Positions 37,854 to 50,694 of a DNA stretch of 64,000 nucleotides are shown in pieces; within the stretch, counting starts at the first letter, position 1; the number at the start of each line of letters is the position of its first letter. A model generated the notes under the pieces. The model searched no databases, was not told where the DNA came from, and saw nothing but the letters and a program-made list of their open reading frames with translations. Made by a program: the position numbers and the translations under genes. Source of the stretch: Camelus ferus (taxonomy: Eukaryota); NCBI RefSeq assembly GCF_009834535.1, contig NC_045697.1:77316001-77380000 (forward strand), given 5' to 3'.

Positions 37854-39379
37854 GAATTAATTTAATAAAAAAAATTAAATGGAAAAGAATGTCATCATAT
37901 TTTCAGTACAGAAAAGATTGTGTTAGGCTTTGAAGGAGAAAAAGTGGATAGGATAGTATCATAAAGGGACATAGTAAAGAGAGATTTTTGCTGTTAGGAT
38001 AGGAGAGATTTCATCATGATTGGAGGCTAAGGCCAGGAATCTAACAGAATGGGAAAGACTGAAACTTTAAGAAAGAAGGAGCAAATTGTTGAAACAAGGT
38101 TGAGGAGGGGCTAGGAGAAGGTGTAATCAGAGCATGGTGGAAACAAGTCTCTTAGAAATTCAGCAGTTTTCTATTTCTATAATTTCTTACTGTAAGTTGG
38201 AATCAACTTTATGATACTACTACCATTTAAAGTTTCAGGTTGATGGTACTGGCTAATACCAACACAGTGGCTGCTGCTGATGACAATAGCCAAAGGGAAG
38301 TTAGAAAATTACCAAGGGGCAAAAGCTAGAAACAGTCAAAGTAAGGTTTATCCACTGTGTGAAACATGATGGCAATAGGCTTTAACTGTAAAGGACTGGG
38401 TAAGTCACATTTGTCCATGGATTCTCAACATCTAGAGCCCTCGGCTGATGATCCTTCAGGAAGTTATTAAATGGGTTGGTAAATGCATCTGTACACCAGT
38501 CTTTACCATGGAGAGAATATGAACTCTGCCTCATACATTTACGTAAACCTATAGGGAGGCTGTTAAGATTAATCAGAAGCAAAATTATTTAAATCATCAC
38601 TGAAATTATATTGACTTTGTTCCGTCCTTCCTTCCTACAATTACAGAGTCTACTAACAGTAGACATAACTACTATTATGTGTGTTGTTGATGGTATAAGG
38701 TGGGGTGGTGGATCTAAGCATTTTTTTTTTAATGTTTATCTTTGTGGTAAATGTTAATACCATTTACTAAAGTCTTATTTAACTCTACTTCCAAGCAAAT
38801 GGGAAGACTGCTTTCCTTCTTGTGGTTGGACATGGTGATGAGTTAATTTGACCAATGAAATGTGAGCTGAAGTAACATATATTGGTTTCAGGTAGAAACA
38901 TTTAATTGCCAGTGCTCAACAATGCAACTTGCTCTTGCCCTGCCATGATGATCATGGGAGCAAGCGTTGCAGAGAGATCATAGAATCAAAGCAGCCTAGC
39001 ATGCTGGGCCAACACAGGGAGGATGTGTTCACTGGAGAGTCACCCAGATCCACAGTGGACTTTGCATAAGCAAAAATTAACTTTTCTTGTGTCAAGCCAC
39101 TGAGATTTTGGGATTGGTTCTTACTGCTGCATAGCCAATACTGACTGATACAAGTAGTTGTCTAGATACAGTCTTTAAAACCCAAAGCCTTGAGAACCAC
39201 TTGTCTAGGAGGAATGGGACCTGAATCATTCCGTGTGTAAGCTATGCATCAGCTGATGGAGGCATGCTTAAGTTTTTCTTTTTTTTTTTTTCATTTTTAT
39301 TGAGCTTGTAATTACAAGCTGGAAAAGAAGACTATCAAATACCCGGATAAGTATTTCTAACTGTGCCCTAGACCATCTG

Positions 39380-39537
39380 CATGACCCATCTGAGGTGCAG
39401 CATGTTACAAATGCAGACTCTTGGACCCACGCAACAGAACCTCTGAATCAGAATCTCTGAGGGAAAACCCTGGCATCTGTACTTTAAATAAGCACCACAA
39501 AGATTCTTATGCTCCCCAAAGACTGAGAACCACTCCT
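39380..39537. mobile_element. MER5A-like hAT MITE
   Basis: CTGAATCAGAATCTCTG...ATCTGTACTTTAAATAAGC...TGAGAACCACT. Confidence 0.7.
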
Positions 39538-41432
39538 ATTGACCAGTAATTTTCAAAGTGGATTACATAAACCCCAGGGGTGTGAAGATAATCCAATGGG
39601 TAAAATAATAGAAATTATGTTCATTTGTATGTTTTATTGAAAAAGTAAGAAGAAATTAATCTTACTAATATTTAAATATGGATTGGCAGTTGTGCCTACA
39701 CTCACAGAATATTCATTCAATATTTATTGAGAGCCTACAATGTGCCAGGCACTGTTCTAGGTCCTGGGATACACTAGTGAACAGCATGAAGTCATAGAGC
39801 TTACATTTTTAGTAGAGGAAAGACAGACAAAAATGAATAAATACATAGTATGACATAAAATGACTAGTGCTCTACAGGGTAAGAGAGGTGGAGGTTGTGG
39901 AGAGTGAGGGGGATGATTGCTATTTTGCATAGGGTTGTCAGGAAGGACTCTGGGGAAAGGTTCCCTTGGAGCAGGGACCTGAAGTGGAGTGAGAAAGCCA
40001 TGTAGGTCTCTAGAGGAGAAGTGTCATGGTCAGAGGTAACAGCCAGGGCAAAAGCTGTGGGGTAGAAGCACATGTGGTATGCTCTTGGTCCAGGGGGTTG
40101 GTGTGGTTGGAGGGGAGTTAATTGCTGAAGGGAGAACAGGAGGAGATGAGGCCAGAGAATTGGAGGGATGTGTGATCAGCAGGTAGGACCTTGTAGGCTA
40201 CTGGAAAGACTTCAGCTTATTCTCTGAATGCAGTATAAAGCCACTAGAGGGTGTGAGCCCTCCAACATTTAGAGGTGGGGCAGATGATGAAGAACTAGTC
40301 AAGGAGATGAGATGGGGTCAGTAAAAGACAAATAGAAACTGGTGGCACAGAGGCAGAGAAGGAAGGAGTGATTAGCAGCTGTGTGATACTTCTCCAGTAA
40401 AATGGTGATCTTGACAAATGTTATTTTGGTAGAATGGTGGGAATTCAAGCCTGACTGGGCTCAAGAAAGAATGGAAAAAGAGAAATAGAGCAAAGCAGTT
40501 AAAAAAAAAAAGAATTTAGATGTAAAGGGATACAAAAATGGGAGGGAAATATGTGGTCAAGAGAAGGTTTTTGTTTTAAGATAGACAATCATGTACGTGT
40601 GCTTGACTAAGGGATATTATGGATTATATGATCCAGTTTTAGTGGAAATTATCTTTGCAAATGGACAAATGGTTTAGATATACATATACTGAAATGATGC
40701 TGGATTGAAAATAATGCCAAAATGTAACACCAATGACCAAAAAAATGGCAGAGTCCACACTTCTAGCCACAGTAGAAGCGGTTCATAGGCCACATCATGG
40801 GGTTAAAAACAATGGAAAGCTAATCAGTATGACAAGAAGTCAGCCCTGTCTCCAATCAGTAATATTAAAAAGACTAATTGAAATATAGATTTCCATCTCA
40901 TTTCGTTATTGAATTGAACCTCCCCCCATATGTTTATTGTGTATGTTGCTCTTTGTGAAGTGTCTTTTCCAGCTAATATGACATTCAAATCAAATGAAAA
41001 ATTTGAAAAGTAGTAACATTATTTCATTAAAGATTAATGGTGAAAATTATTAAAATATTATTTGCTTAAAATTTTGTTTTTTAAGGTATATTTATTTGTA
41101 CAGCAGTGTATATGTTATTTATAAATAAATATATTCACATATACTGGGGCACATGGGCAAAAATTTTTAACAATTACTACTATAGCCTAGTCATCTACAA
41201 AACATAATTCAACTCCTTTAGTTGCTGTTTCTTTGTGTAGACAGGCTTTTTAAAAAAAAAGAAATCCTTTCCTTGGTATTTGTGATGTTGTAGCAATTAT
41301 TCTGATGTAAACTTTGTTTTTTTATTCTAGACAGGACTACAATGAAGACATTTTAGATGGACTGACTATACAAAATCAATAAGAAATATAACAATTTCCT
41401 ATTCCATCCCAGTATACAGCATATAGTTTTAC

Positions 41433-41480
41433 CTCTGGATTCTTTGCTATCTTCATTTTTTTTACTCTTCTATAATTAAC
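41433..41480 (-). CDS. CFI: Probable extra 48-nt CFI exon between the signal peptide and FIMAC exons
   Basis: ttgttgttgtttatag|GTT...GAG|gtaaaa, phase 0-0, open, VNYRRVKKMKIAKNPE. Supported by splice signals and frame only. Confidence 0.6.
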
Positions 41481-44400
41481 CTATAAACAACAACAACAAA
41501 AGAATGATCAACTATCACTAAAGAGAGCAAAAGTCAACCACTTTCTCCTTCTACTACTTTTTGTAAAAAAGTACAAAGTTTCCCTTCTACTGCTAACTAG
41601 CTGTGTGATCTTGGGTAAATGACTCTACCTTTTTGATTCTGTTTCTTCTACGAATTGTGGAGAATCAAAATAATATCTTCACAGAGCATCAAATGCAAAA
41701 TACACAGGAAAGCACAAATAAACACTTAAGATCCTATACAAATGCTAATATGATGCTGCCTGTGGTAGTTTGCATCTGGCCCCATTCTTCTACCCTTCAA
41801 CACATTCTTTTCTGTGCCTCTTACTTGGGGTAGGGTGTATCTTCCCTGGACTGGCCAGTGACTTTCTTTGGTCAATAGGAAGTCAGCAGATGTGACATAG
41901 AGATGCTTGGAAAGTACTCGTGCAACTGGATTTGTCCTTTTGCTTCTCTGCCATAGCTGTGAGAAGAATGTGGCCAGGCTAGCAAAGAAAGACCACTCCA
42001 GCTGAACCCAGTTTAGATCAGATTATTCCCAGCTCACCTGTAGACTAGTATACTAAATTAAGTTGTATGCCACTGAAATTTTGTGGTGATTGTATTATTA
42101 TGGCATTATCCAACTGGTACAATCATGATTTCCCCAGAAAACATTGAGGAAAAAAGTGGAAGTTTCAATAAGAGTAAACAATATAAAAATTTGCCTTTCT
42201 TTCAGAAGTGAATAAACAACTCATATCCTGATGGTTAACAATTGTATCAGAAACTTTTCCATTGAAAGAGTTTTAGGTCCTTTATGCCCTCAGTTCCTTC
42301 TCATCATGGTCTTCACTAGCAATTTTTTTCTCCATTTTTTTCTTCTCCTTGGATCCAACCATCCTGTATTATTCCTGTTTCTGACATAAAGCCATGCCTC
42401 AGCATCCCAACAATCAACTCCTTAACCAGCAGCCATTCTATTCAGAAAAAAAGAGAATGTTTCCCTATTAATACTGAATGATGAATTGTTCCAATTCACA
42501 TACAAAACTTGGTAAGGCCTTTTGCTGTGTTTGTTATTTGTTTTTATTTTTAAAATAAATATTGTATTTTTTCTAGGACTAGTATGTTTTTGTTGGAAAT
42601 GGTGGGAAAGTGGTTGCATGATATGTGTAGGTAGAATGGACTCTTGTATCTTGTTCCCTTTTAAAAATTGGAAATATTGTTTTAGGGTCAATTCCATTAT
42701 TTTTGTCTCAGAGATTTTAAGAAAATCATCGGCCTAGTTTCTTGGTCTTGTTTTTTTATAATGAATGTAAGATGGATGAAATGTTGTTTTTTTTTTCATT
42801 TTTAATTGATTAAAAAAATAGAAAACACATAGAAATATTACAAACAGGTTCAGATGGGTGGCTATAAAAATTACATTTCCTTCTTTCTGTTATACATTTA
42901 ACCCAGCCAAGCCCTACCTCAGAGTCAACCACTTGATAGTTCTTAGTGAGTCTTGCCAGAGACCATCATTGTATATGTGAGCCCATATTTTACTTTCTAA
43001 CTCTGCCCCACAACACCAAGACAATTTGCAACCAATGGCCCTGTAACTAGCCCCCTCAAAGGGCATTTAGATTGTTTCCAAAATTTTGTTATTATAAACA
43101 GTGTTGTAATGAATCTCCTTATAGAAAACATCATTTCCCCCATAAGCTAAGTATTTTTGTCAGTACTTTCCTGGGAGTGAAACTGCTGAATCAAAGGAAT
43201 GAACAGCTTTCATTTTGAAAGATATTGGCTAATTTCTCTCAATAGAGGCTGTTTTAATTTGAATTCCATTATCAATATATGACAGGGCCTATTTTCCAAA
43301 CTCTTGACCACAGAACATATTTCTTATTAAACTTTTTTATCTTCATCAATTTGATATATACAAGTGTTATCAGAGAAGTTTTATTTGCATTTTTTCCCTG
43401 ATCAGTGAGGTTGAATATCATTCAATTTGCTTAAACTTTGAGAGATTTGTATTTCTTTCTCCTCATACTAACCATATCTTTTGCTGTAGACTGGATTTTT
43501 TTTCTTGTTTTGGGTAGGAACTCTACATATTAAGGAAACCAGCACTTTGTCTGGAATATGAACTGCAAAAATTGCCTATTGACAAATGGCAAGCCTTGTA
43601 TATTTTTCACACAGAGCAGATACTTTTTAAACAATTCCCAACACAATAAAATTATTTTCAGTAAAAATTATGAAATAAATTACTAAATTATGGAGAAAAC
43701 TATAAACAGCAAATATTTTCTTATATTGACATTTCATATAGAAATATATACAAAATCATGCTTATAAGAATAAAAAACTAAAATTCATACTACAATATAA
43801 ATAAGGGAAAAAGTACTAGATAAATATTTTAAATTATATTACTGTATTTAATGAAAAAGGAAAAAATTAAATCTGTATAGAGGTCTGTTGTAGTAATGAA
43901 TAATAATATTACAGCTTAAGAAAAAGATAAATTTCACTTTAAAGATACTATTCAAATTTGGTAAAATGTTTCCTGTATGAACTACTATTTGTAATTAGCA
44001 AACAAAGATATTACACCTTTCAGTCTGCACTGTTTTACTATTTTATATTTTAAAAACAAAAATTCCAAATGGCCATTAGAATGACAAAACTGAAAACCCA
44101 GCTGTTTTTGTTTCCTCATCCTTATAATCACTGTGACAAGATTGTTTATTTTGAATCTATTTACATTTGGGAAAATGTAAGAACACAGAATCTGAAGACA
44201 GGAACTGTACTTGAAGTGAACTTGAACAATTTTAATGCATAATGCATGAGACTACTAGGCAGACTGTCAGGGTAAAACTGAGACCTGGCTGAATTAACTT
44301 CCATTTTTAAGACAAAGTCTATAATGGATAAGTAAAAAATAAAAGTACCCATTTGAAGTTTACATTTGTATTTTAAAAACTCAACCTCAGCAACCTTAGC

Positions 44401-45249
44401 AATGGTTAACTGTGTTATAAATAGCCAAGAACCAAATGTGGCTATTTAAATTAAATTAATTAAAATCAAATGGGAATTCTTGTTTCCAGTCAAGATAGAG
44501 TAATAGGGACCAGATCTACTGTTCAGCCTAAAACAATCAAGAAATGGACAAAATATAGAAAACAATGATTTTCAAGACACTGGTTATCAGGCAATGAAGG
44601 GTACTGATCCCTGATACTAGAGAAACAAATGAGGTAGTGAGCCCTCCAATTGTTCCATTTGATTTCCTTTGGAGAGTTTCCAGACTGTGGTGCAGAGACG
44701 GGGAACTTGAGCTGAGCTCAAGGGACTCCCTGAATTGAGGAGACAGAGCTGAGAGTCTAGGAAGACCAAGGCAGCTATAGTTCACAGAATAAAGTGATGG
44801 AAACAAGTGAGTGGCATAGAGAGAGAACTTCGGAGCTCTGCAGAAGATCCCTTACTAAGTGTTCGTCTGAGGATTTATCAGCACCTTAGTGTGATGAAAC
44901 TACCAGAGGATGGGGAAAGAACAATTCAAAAGAATTTAAGGTAACAAAGCCCAGGATCAAATGGGGCCATGAATAGTGCTTGTTGTCACTGTTCATTGTT
45001 TTCTATATTTTGCCCATTTTTTGATGGACATTCAGACTGGAAAATTGTATGATTTATGGGGCACTGGGTGGAGTACAAAGAAGAATCTTGCCTCAGAAGT
45101 GTGGAATAATTAGTCTTAGACCTAGCACTGTTCTGGTCCTACCTAAGAATGCTTAAAAGTAAGACCTGAAAGGATAAAACTGTTTCAAGTAACTTAACTA
45201 CATCTCAGAACAAAGCTCAAGAGTATTCATAGGAATACAAAAAAATATA

Positions 45250-47690
45250 CAGCTTTGTTTTTTGAATATTTAAAAAATATTTTCTTCGTGGGTACAATGC
45301 GGATTATACTTAACATCTTAAATTTATAGCAATCTAGTTTGAATTGATACCAACCTAGCTTCAAGAGCATATAAAAACTCTGCTCCTGTACAGTTCCATT
45401 GCCTTTTATGTTGTTATTGTCACACATTACATCTCTATACATTGTGTGCCTGTTAATTTATAATTATTTTTATATATTTATCTTTTAAATCATGTAGGAA
45501 ATGAAAAGAGGAGTTACAAACTAAATAATAAAATAACATTGGCTTTTGTATTTATCTATGTAGTTACCTTTACTGGAGTTCTTTATTTCTTCATATGGCT
45601 TCAAGTTACTGTCCAGCATCCTTTTGTTCAGTCTGGAAAGAACTCCCTTTCTTGTAGTATATTTCTTATATACCAGATATACCAGCAACTAACTCTATAT
45701 GCTTTTATTTATCTGAGAAAGTCTTAATTTCTCTCATTTTTAAAAGGTGGCTTTGCTGGATATAAAATTCTTGGCTGACAGTTCTTTTCTTTCAGCACGT
45801 AAAAAATGTCATTCCATTCTCTTCTGACCTCCACAGTTACAGATGAGAAAGATGCTAATAATTTTATTGAGGATCTCTTATCCATGATAAGTTGGTTTTC
45901 TGTTGCTGCTTTCAAGATATTCTGTTTTGTTCCTCGGCTTTTAACAATTTCATTGTGATGTGCCTTGGTGTGGATTTCTTTGCATTATCTTCTTGGGGAC
46001 CAGTAAGCTTCCTTAGTCTGTAGATTTATTATCTTTTATCAAATTAAAGAAGTTTTTGGCTATTATTCCTTTAAACATTCTCTCTGATCCTCTCTCTCTT
46101 CTCCTTCTGAGATTTCCATTTTCTGTATATTGGTATGCTTGATGGTGTCATATAGGTCTCTTAGGCTCTGTAAATGTTTATTCTCTTCCTGCTCCTCGGA
46201 TTGGATAATTTAATTGACCAATCTTCAAGTTCACTTACTCTTCTGCCCACTCAAATCTGCTGTTAAAACCCTCTAGTGAGGTCGTTATACTTTTCAGTCT
46301 AATTCCTTTTATAATTTCTATATCTTTAATGATACTATGTTTTCGTACATCATCCTCCTGGTTTCATTTAGTTCTTTGAACATATTTAAGATGGTTGACT
46401 TAAAGTCTTCGGTTAAGTTCGAAGTCTGTTCTTCCTCAGGGATCAATTCTGTTAATTTCTCCTGTGAATGGGCCACATTTTCTTGTTTCATTGCATGCTT
46501 CATACCTTTTTGTTGAAGACTGGACATTTTGAATATTATAATGTAGTAACTCTTGAAATCAAATTCTTCCTTCTCAGTTTGCTTTTCATACTTTCTATAG
46601 AGTGTAGCTGTTTGTTTATAACTTTTCTAAACTGCTTTTTGTAAAATTTGTTTTTTTTTTGTCATGTATGGATTCTGAAGTCTTGTTTCTTTACCTTGTA
46701 TTCAGCTAGTGTTTAGACAAAGATTTCCTTAAACATAAGGAACCAGAGAGAGAGAGAGAGTGAGAGAAAGAGAAAGGGGAAGGGAAAGAGAGGTGAAAAA
46801 GAAAGAATGAACCAAAAAAAGAAAGAAAGAAAGGAGGGAGGGCGGGAAGAAGGAGGGAAGAAAAAGAAAGAAAGAAAGAAGAGAAAAAAAAAGAAAAAAG
46901 AAAAGAAGAAACCCCTCAAATTGAAAACAACAGAAAAACCTTTCACAGCTTTGCAAATTGGCTCTGTTCTGGGGTACTCCTTCAATGTTTAACTAGGCCA
47001 TTTACAATTCTGCCTTCTTAGCCTTTACTTCATGCTTGTACTAAGCCTGGAGGTGTAGGCCTAGTGTCTCCTTAAGTCTTTTCTGAGTATCCTCCCAGGG
47101 CAAGTTTGTTACTTTTTAAATTCCCCAGTATATATAGGGGTTTTGAATGTCCTAATTTCCCACTGAAACTCTCTCCCTAACTTTTCCTCCCAAGGTTTGG
47201 CACTCTGTTTCATGTCTCAACTGTAATCTTTTGTCCCAGGTGGCTGTGGGTTGTTTGTTTGCTTGCCTTACAGTGTTTTTGAGGAACACCTGCTGGCTTT
47301 CCACTCTGAGTGAGTTCCCAGTTAGATGAAACAAAGATAAGTACATTGCGCCAGTCTTTGAAGTAGTCCCCAGGCAGGTTAGAACAAACACAATTGTTGT
47401 TTTATGAAGTCTGCTCCACTCTTTCTTGAGCTAGGGACTCCACACTAGGACGTGGACTGCCATCTTCAAGACTGCCACTAATTTGGGAACAGGGCGGGAC
47501 AAGGGCAAGTAGAAATGCCAGTTTCCTACCAGGTTTAAGTTGCCTTTTCCTTCATTTAGCATCCACTTGGGTGCTGTAGGCCTTTGACAGATAACTGGAG
47601 TTGCGACAAAGTCGTTCTGATAGTTTGCTTGATTTTTCTTTTTTTGTGTGGGAGGGACGAGTATTTGGATTTGCCTGCTCTGCCGTATTT
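45250..47690 (-). mobile_element. Old L1 5' region with ORF1 remnants
   Basis: ORF 45724-45915 contains RREWNDIFYVLKEKNCQPRILYPAK, an L1 ORF1p C-terminal motif. ORF 46318-46527 (DFKSTILNMFKEL) resembles the ORF1p N-terminus. Confidence 0.8.
46745..46910. repeat. Polypurine (GA/GAAA-rich) low-complexity tract
   Basis: About 165 nt almost entirely A/G on the plus strand. Confidence 0.9.
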
Positions 47691-48816
47691 GCTGTGTTTG
47701 CCGTGTTTGCTGTGTCTGCATTGTGTATTGCCTCCTGTGCATCTTCTCTTTCCAGCATCTGATCACTGCGCTGACCATCACCCCCGTTCTTTCTCTCCAA
47801 AATACTACCCATATAAACCAAGGTTTGTAATATGCTTTTAGGGTAAAATAAAAATTTAAGGTTTCAGTGATTATGTCACAGCACAGTACTATCACAGTAG
47901 GTAACCATATTGACTGAAATACTTGGCTTTCCTGTTCTTTAATGTCCCTTGGTTATTGATACAGCAGCCAGCCCCTCTGTGGTCTGAGTTTCTCTCCCAT
48001 CCTTTCCTGAGTCTCCTTACCTCTTTCTCCAGGCAGGTTCAGTAAAACCAAAATTCTCATTTCAATATTGAGAACAACTTTAAGGTCTATCCCCTGCAGC
48101 CCACCCCATCATTGACATAATCCATCTCCAGATTAGTCCATCAGAATGTTTTGATATAAAAAAGGAGCTGGGCTTTTTATTCTCTACAAGAAAATCTGCT
48201 CCCTTATTTCAAAAGAACAAAAATTTCTCCCAGCTGTACATGTTTTATTTCATATTGAAAATGTAGATACATTATAAAACTTATTTGAACACATTTATGT
48301 TTTCTCTATGGTACCTCCATTTAAAAATGATTACTTCTCAGCAGGTGGGATAAAAAACCACTCCATTATCTTTTATAAACTAATATTTTAGGAAGTTCTG
48401 AAATTTTCACAAATATGATATTAACTCTTCTCAAAATGCTCTTTCTTAAAGGAATGAAGACAACTTATTGTTAGATGATTGGTCAGTAAAAGAAAGCTCT
48501 TTTCTTTAGTGTAAGTAGAAACTACTATTTTCAATTTTGTTTTTTATTTTTTCCAGGAATCCAAAATGTGACCGAAATACCTTTTTTCCCGAAAAACCAA
48601 ATGTTTCTTATTATAATGTAACACACATTTATTTGGTATTTAAAGAAGAAAAATGAAGAATGAATAAAGCAAAATTTCTGAAATCTGAAAATTCATTAAT
48701 ACATAAAACAAAATAAAAATAACCAGTAATCCCATTACTCAGAGATACCAACTATTATCTATTTGATATATACTCTTTAAGAACTTTTAAACTGCCATTT
48801 ACGTAAGGAGTCATAT

Positions 48817-48840
48817 GTGTGAGTGTGTGTGTGTGTGTGT
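48817..48840. repeat. (GT)n microsatellite
   Basis: GTGTGAGTGTGTGTGTGTGTGTGT. Confidence 0.85.
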
Positions 48841-49997
48841 ATTTTTCTCTTTAACAAAAATAAGATTTTAGTGAGGGCTTCTTTATTTCAATAAATATAA
48901 AAGTACCATTTTAATAGCTACATGATATTTCATTTATGGACATACAATAATTCAATCAGTTTTCTATCAATGAGCACTTACTTTATTTCTATTTGTTCTA
49001 CACTATCAACATTGCATATATATTTTATAAGTTATAAGAAACAAAGTATGTAATTCTGATTTCTTAGATAGTTTTCTTTAAATATTTGTTGCCATAAACA
49101 GGCACTAAAACAAAACAATTTTTGGAATTGTTTCAAAATGTTATGACCACAAAAGTAGGCAATCAATAAGTATCTAAAATGTCTTAAACATTGCTAAACT
49201 TCACAGACCACCTTCCAGACTGGCTACAATCTGTCAGTCTGTCAAGGTTTTAACTCCTTGAGTTGCCTACAGTCTCCACTCTGATCAAATGGATTCATTC
49301 ATCTGGAGGAGCCTAGTGCTTTGGGATCTTTCTGCCATAGCACTTGTTGCTTTTCCAGGCTGAAAATCACTTCCTCTCTCTCTCCACTGATCAAATTTAA
49401 TCCAGAACCGTAGGTCTAGCTCAGATCTCATCCGGTCCATAAACTCTCCTGACCTCCTAGCAGGAAGGGATTTTTCCTCTCATTAAAGTCTCTTGGCAGA
49501 TGATATTTGTACCATTTCTGGGGTAATTAAATATATACTGTCTGGTAACAGTTCTTTCTCTTGTGTTTTCAAATGTTATTTAAATCTTGCTTAGTAGTTC
49601 CTCATTGGCATATTTCTATCATCCTTCTACAACTGTACCAAAAGGCTACTGAGGGAAGGGATCAGTCTTGCTATTTGCCCAGCACTGTACCTTGCACATT
49701 GACAGAGCTTGATAAATGTTTATTGATTTAACATTTACTGTAAATTATGGATCTATATTAATAAAATTCTCATTCAGCTCGATTGCTATGCACAGATAAG
49801 AGCATATGAAAAAAGCAGTTCCTTAAAGCTCTTTCATCAAGATATTAACATAAAATCTTTGTTACACTAGATACTGCCATTGTCGGCAACTGAACTATGT
49901 AATCTTTAAGTCAAAATGATATCCTTAAGATTTTTTTCTGTATTTTTATTTATTTAAAATACCTTAAAATAGTTTGCACAAGTATTGAATTACTTAC

Positions 49998-50054
49998 CTT
50001 GCCAAAACTTAAGGAGAAGCACACAAGTAACAGAGTAATATGAGCCAGCTTCAT
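49998..50054 (-). CDS. CFI: CFI coding exon 1 (signal peptide)
   Basis: ATG at 50054 in an aacATG context. MKLAHITLLLVCFSLSFGK|gtaagt, 57 nt, as in human. Confidence 0.95.
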
Positions 50055-50480
50055 GTTGGAGACAGTCAGGGTCTGTGTCTCTACTGTGAACTCTTCTGCA
50101 ATCCAGATATTCTTTTGAAATTTAATTTTTAACCTCTGAAAAAATATTTAAAAACAGCAAGCTTCCTCAAGAGCTTTGTACTTTTGAACTCATGGAGAAT
50201 TTGGCTGAAATCCAGAGTTTTACCGTAACTGAAACCAAAAACGGCCTCAGTAAATAGCTGAGGGAGGCAAGCAACAGAGACTGCGTTTCCTGAAGAGGAA
50301 GCTGATGCCCTACGTTGTACTGAACAATGCCTCATTTGTTTTCTGGAGAAGACAGAGCCCACTGGAAGTTTCTTATGTTTTAGTAAAAAAGAATTTCATT
50401 TTTCTTTAATGATGAAGACTAGGAGATGGTAAGAAAAGTCTATCAAATTGAAGGTTGAGCTAAATCCATTAACAATCTTC
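50055..50480 (-). promoter_or_regulatory. CFI 5'UTR / proximal promoter (non-CpG type)
   Basis: Non-repetitive sequence immediately upstream of the ATG. HNF4-like AGTACAAAGCTC (minus, 50171-50182) and partial HNF1-like GTTAATGGATTTA (minus, 50461-50473). Confidence 0.5.
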
Positions 50481-50694
50481 AACAAATCGGTTGCTTTATC
50501 ATTCATAGATTTTGCTGTGATCAAATTATTTTCTTTAAACAGAAACACTAAGAATATGAAAATGAATATATGTATATATATGCATGACTGGGACATTGTG
50601 CTTTACAGCAGAAATTGACCACATTGTAACTGACTGTACTTCAATTTAAAAAAAAAGAAAAAAAACCCCAAACCCCCAAAAAACCCAGAAACAG

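Noticed and set aside
46713..46992. Phe/Ser/Leu-rich and Lys/Glu-rich ORFs
   Set aside because: Translations of the polypurine low-complexity tract.
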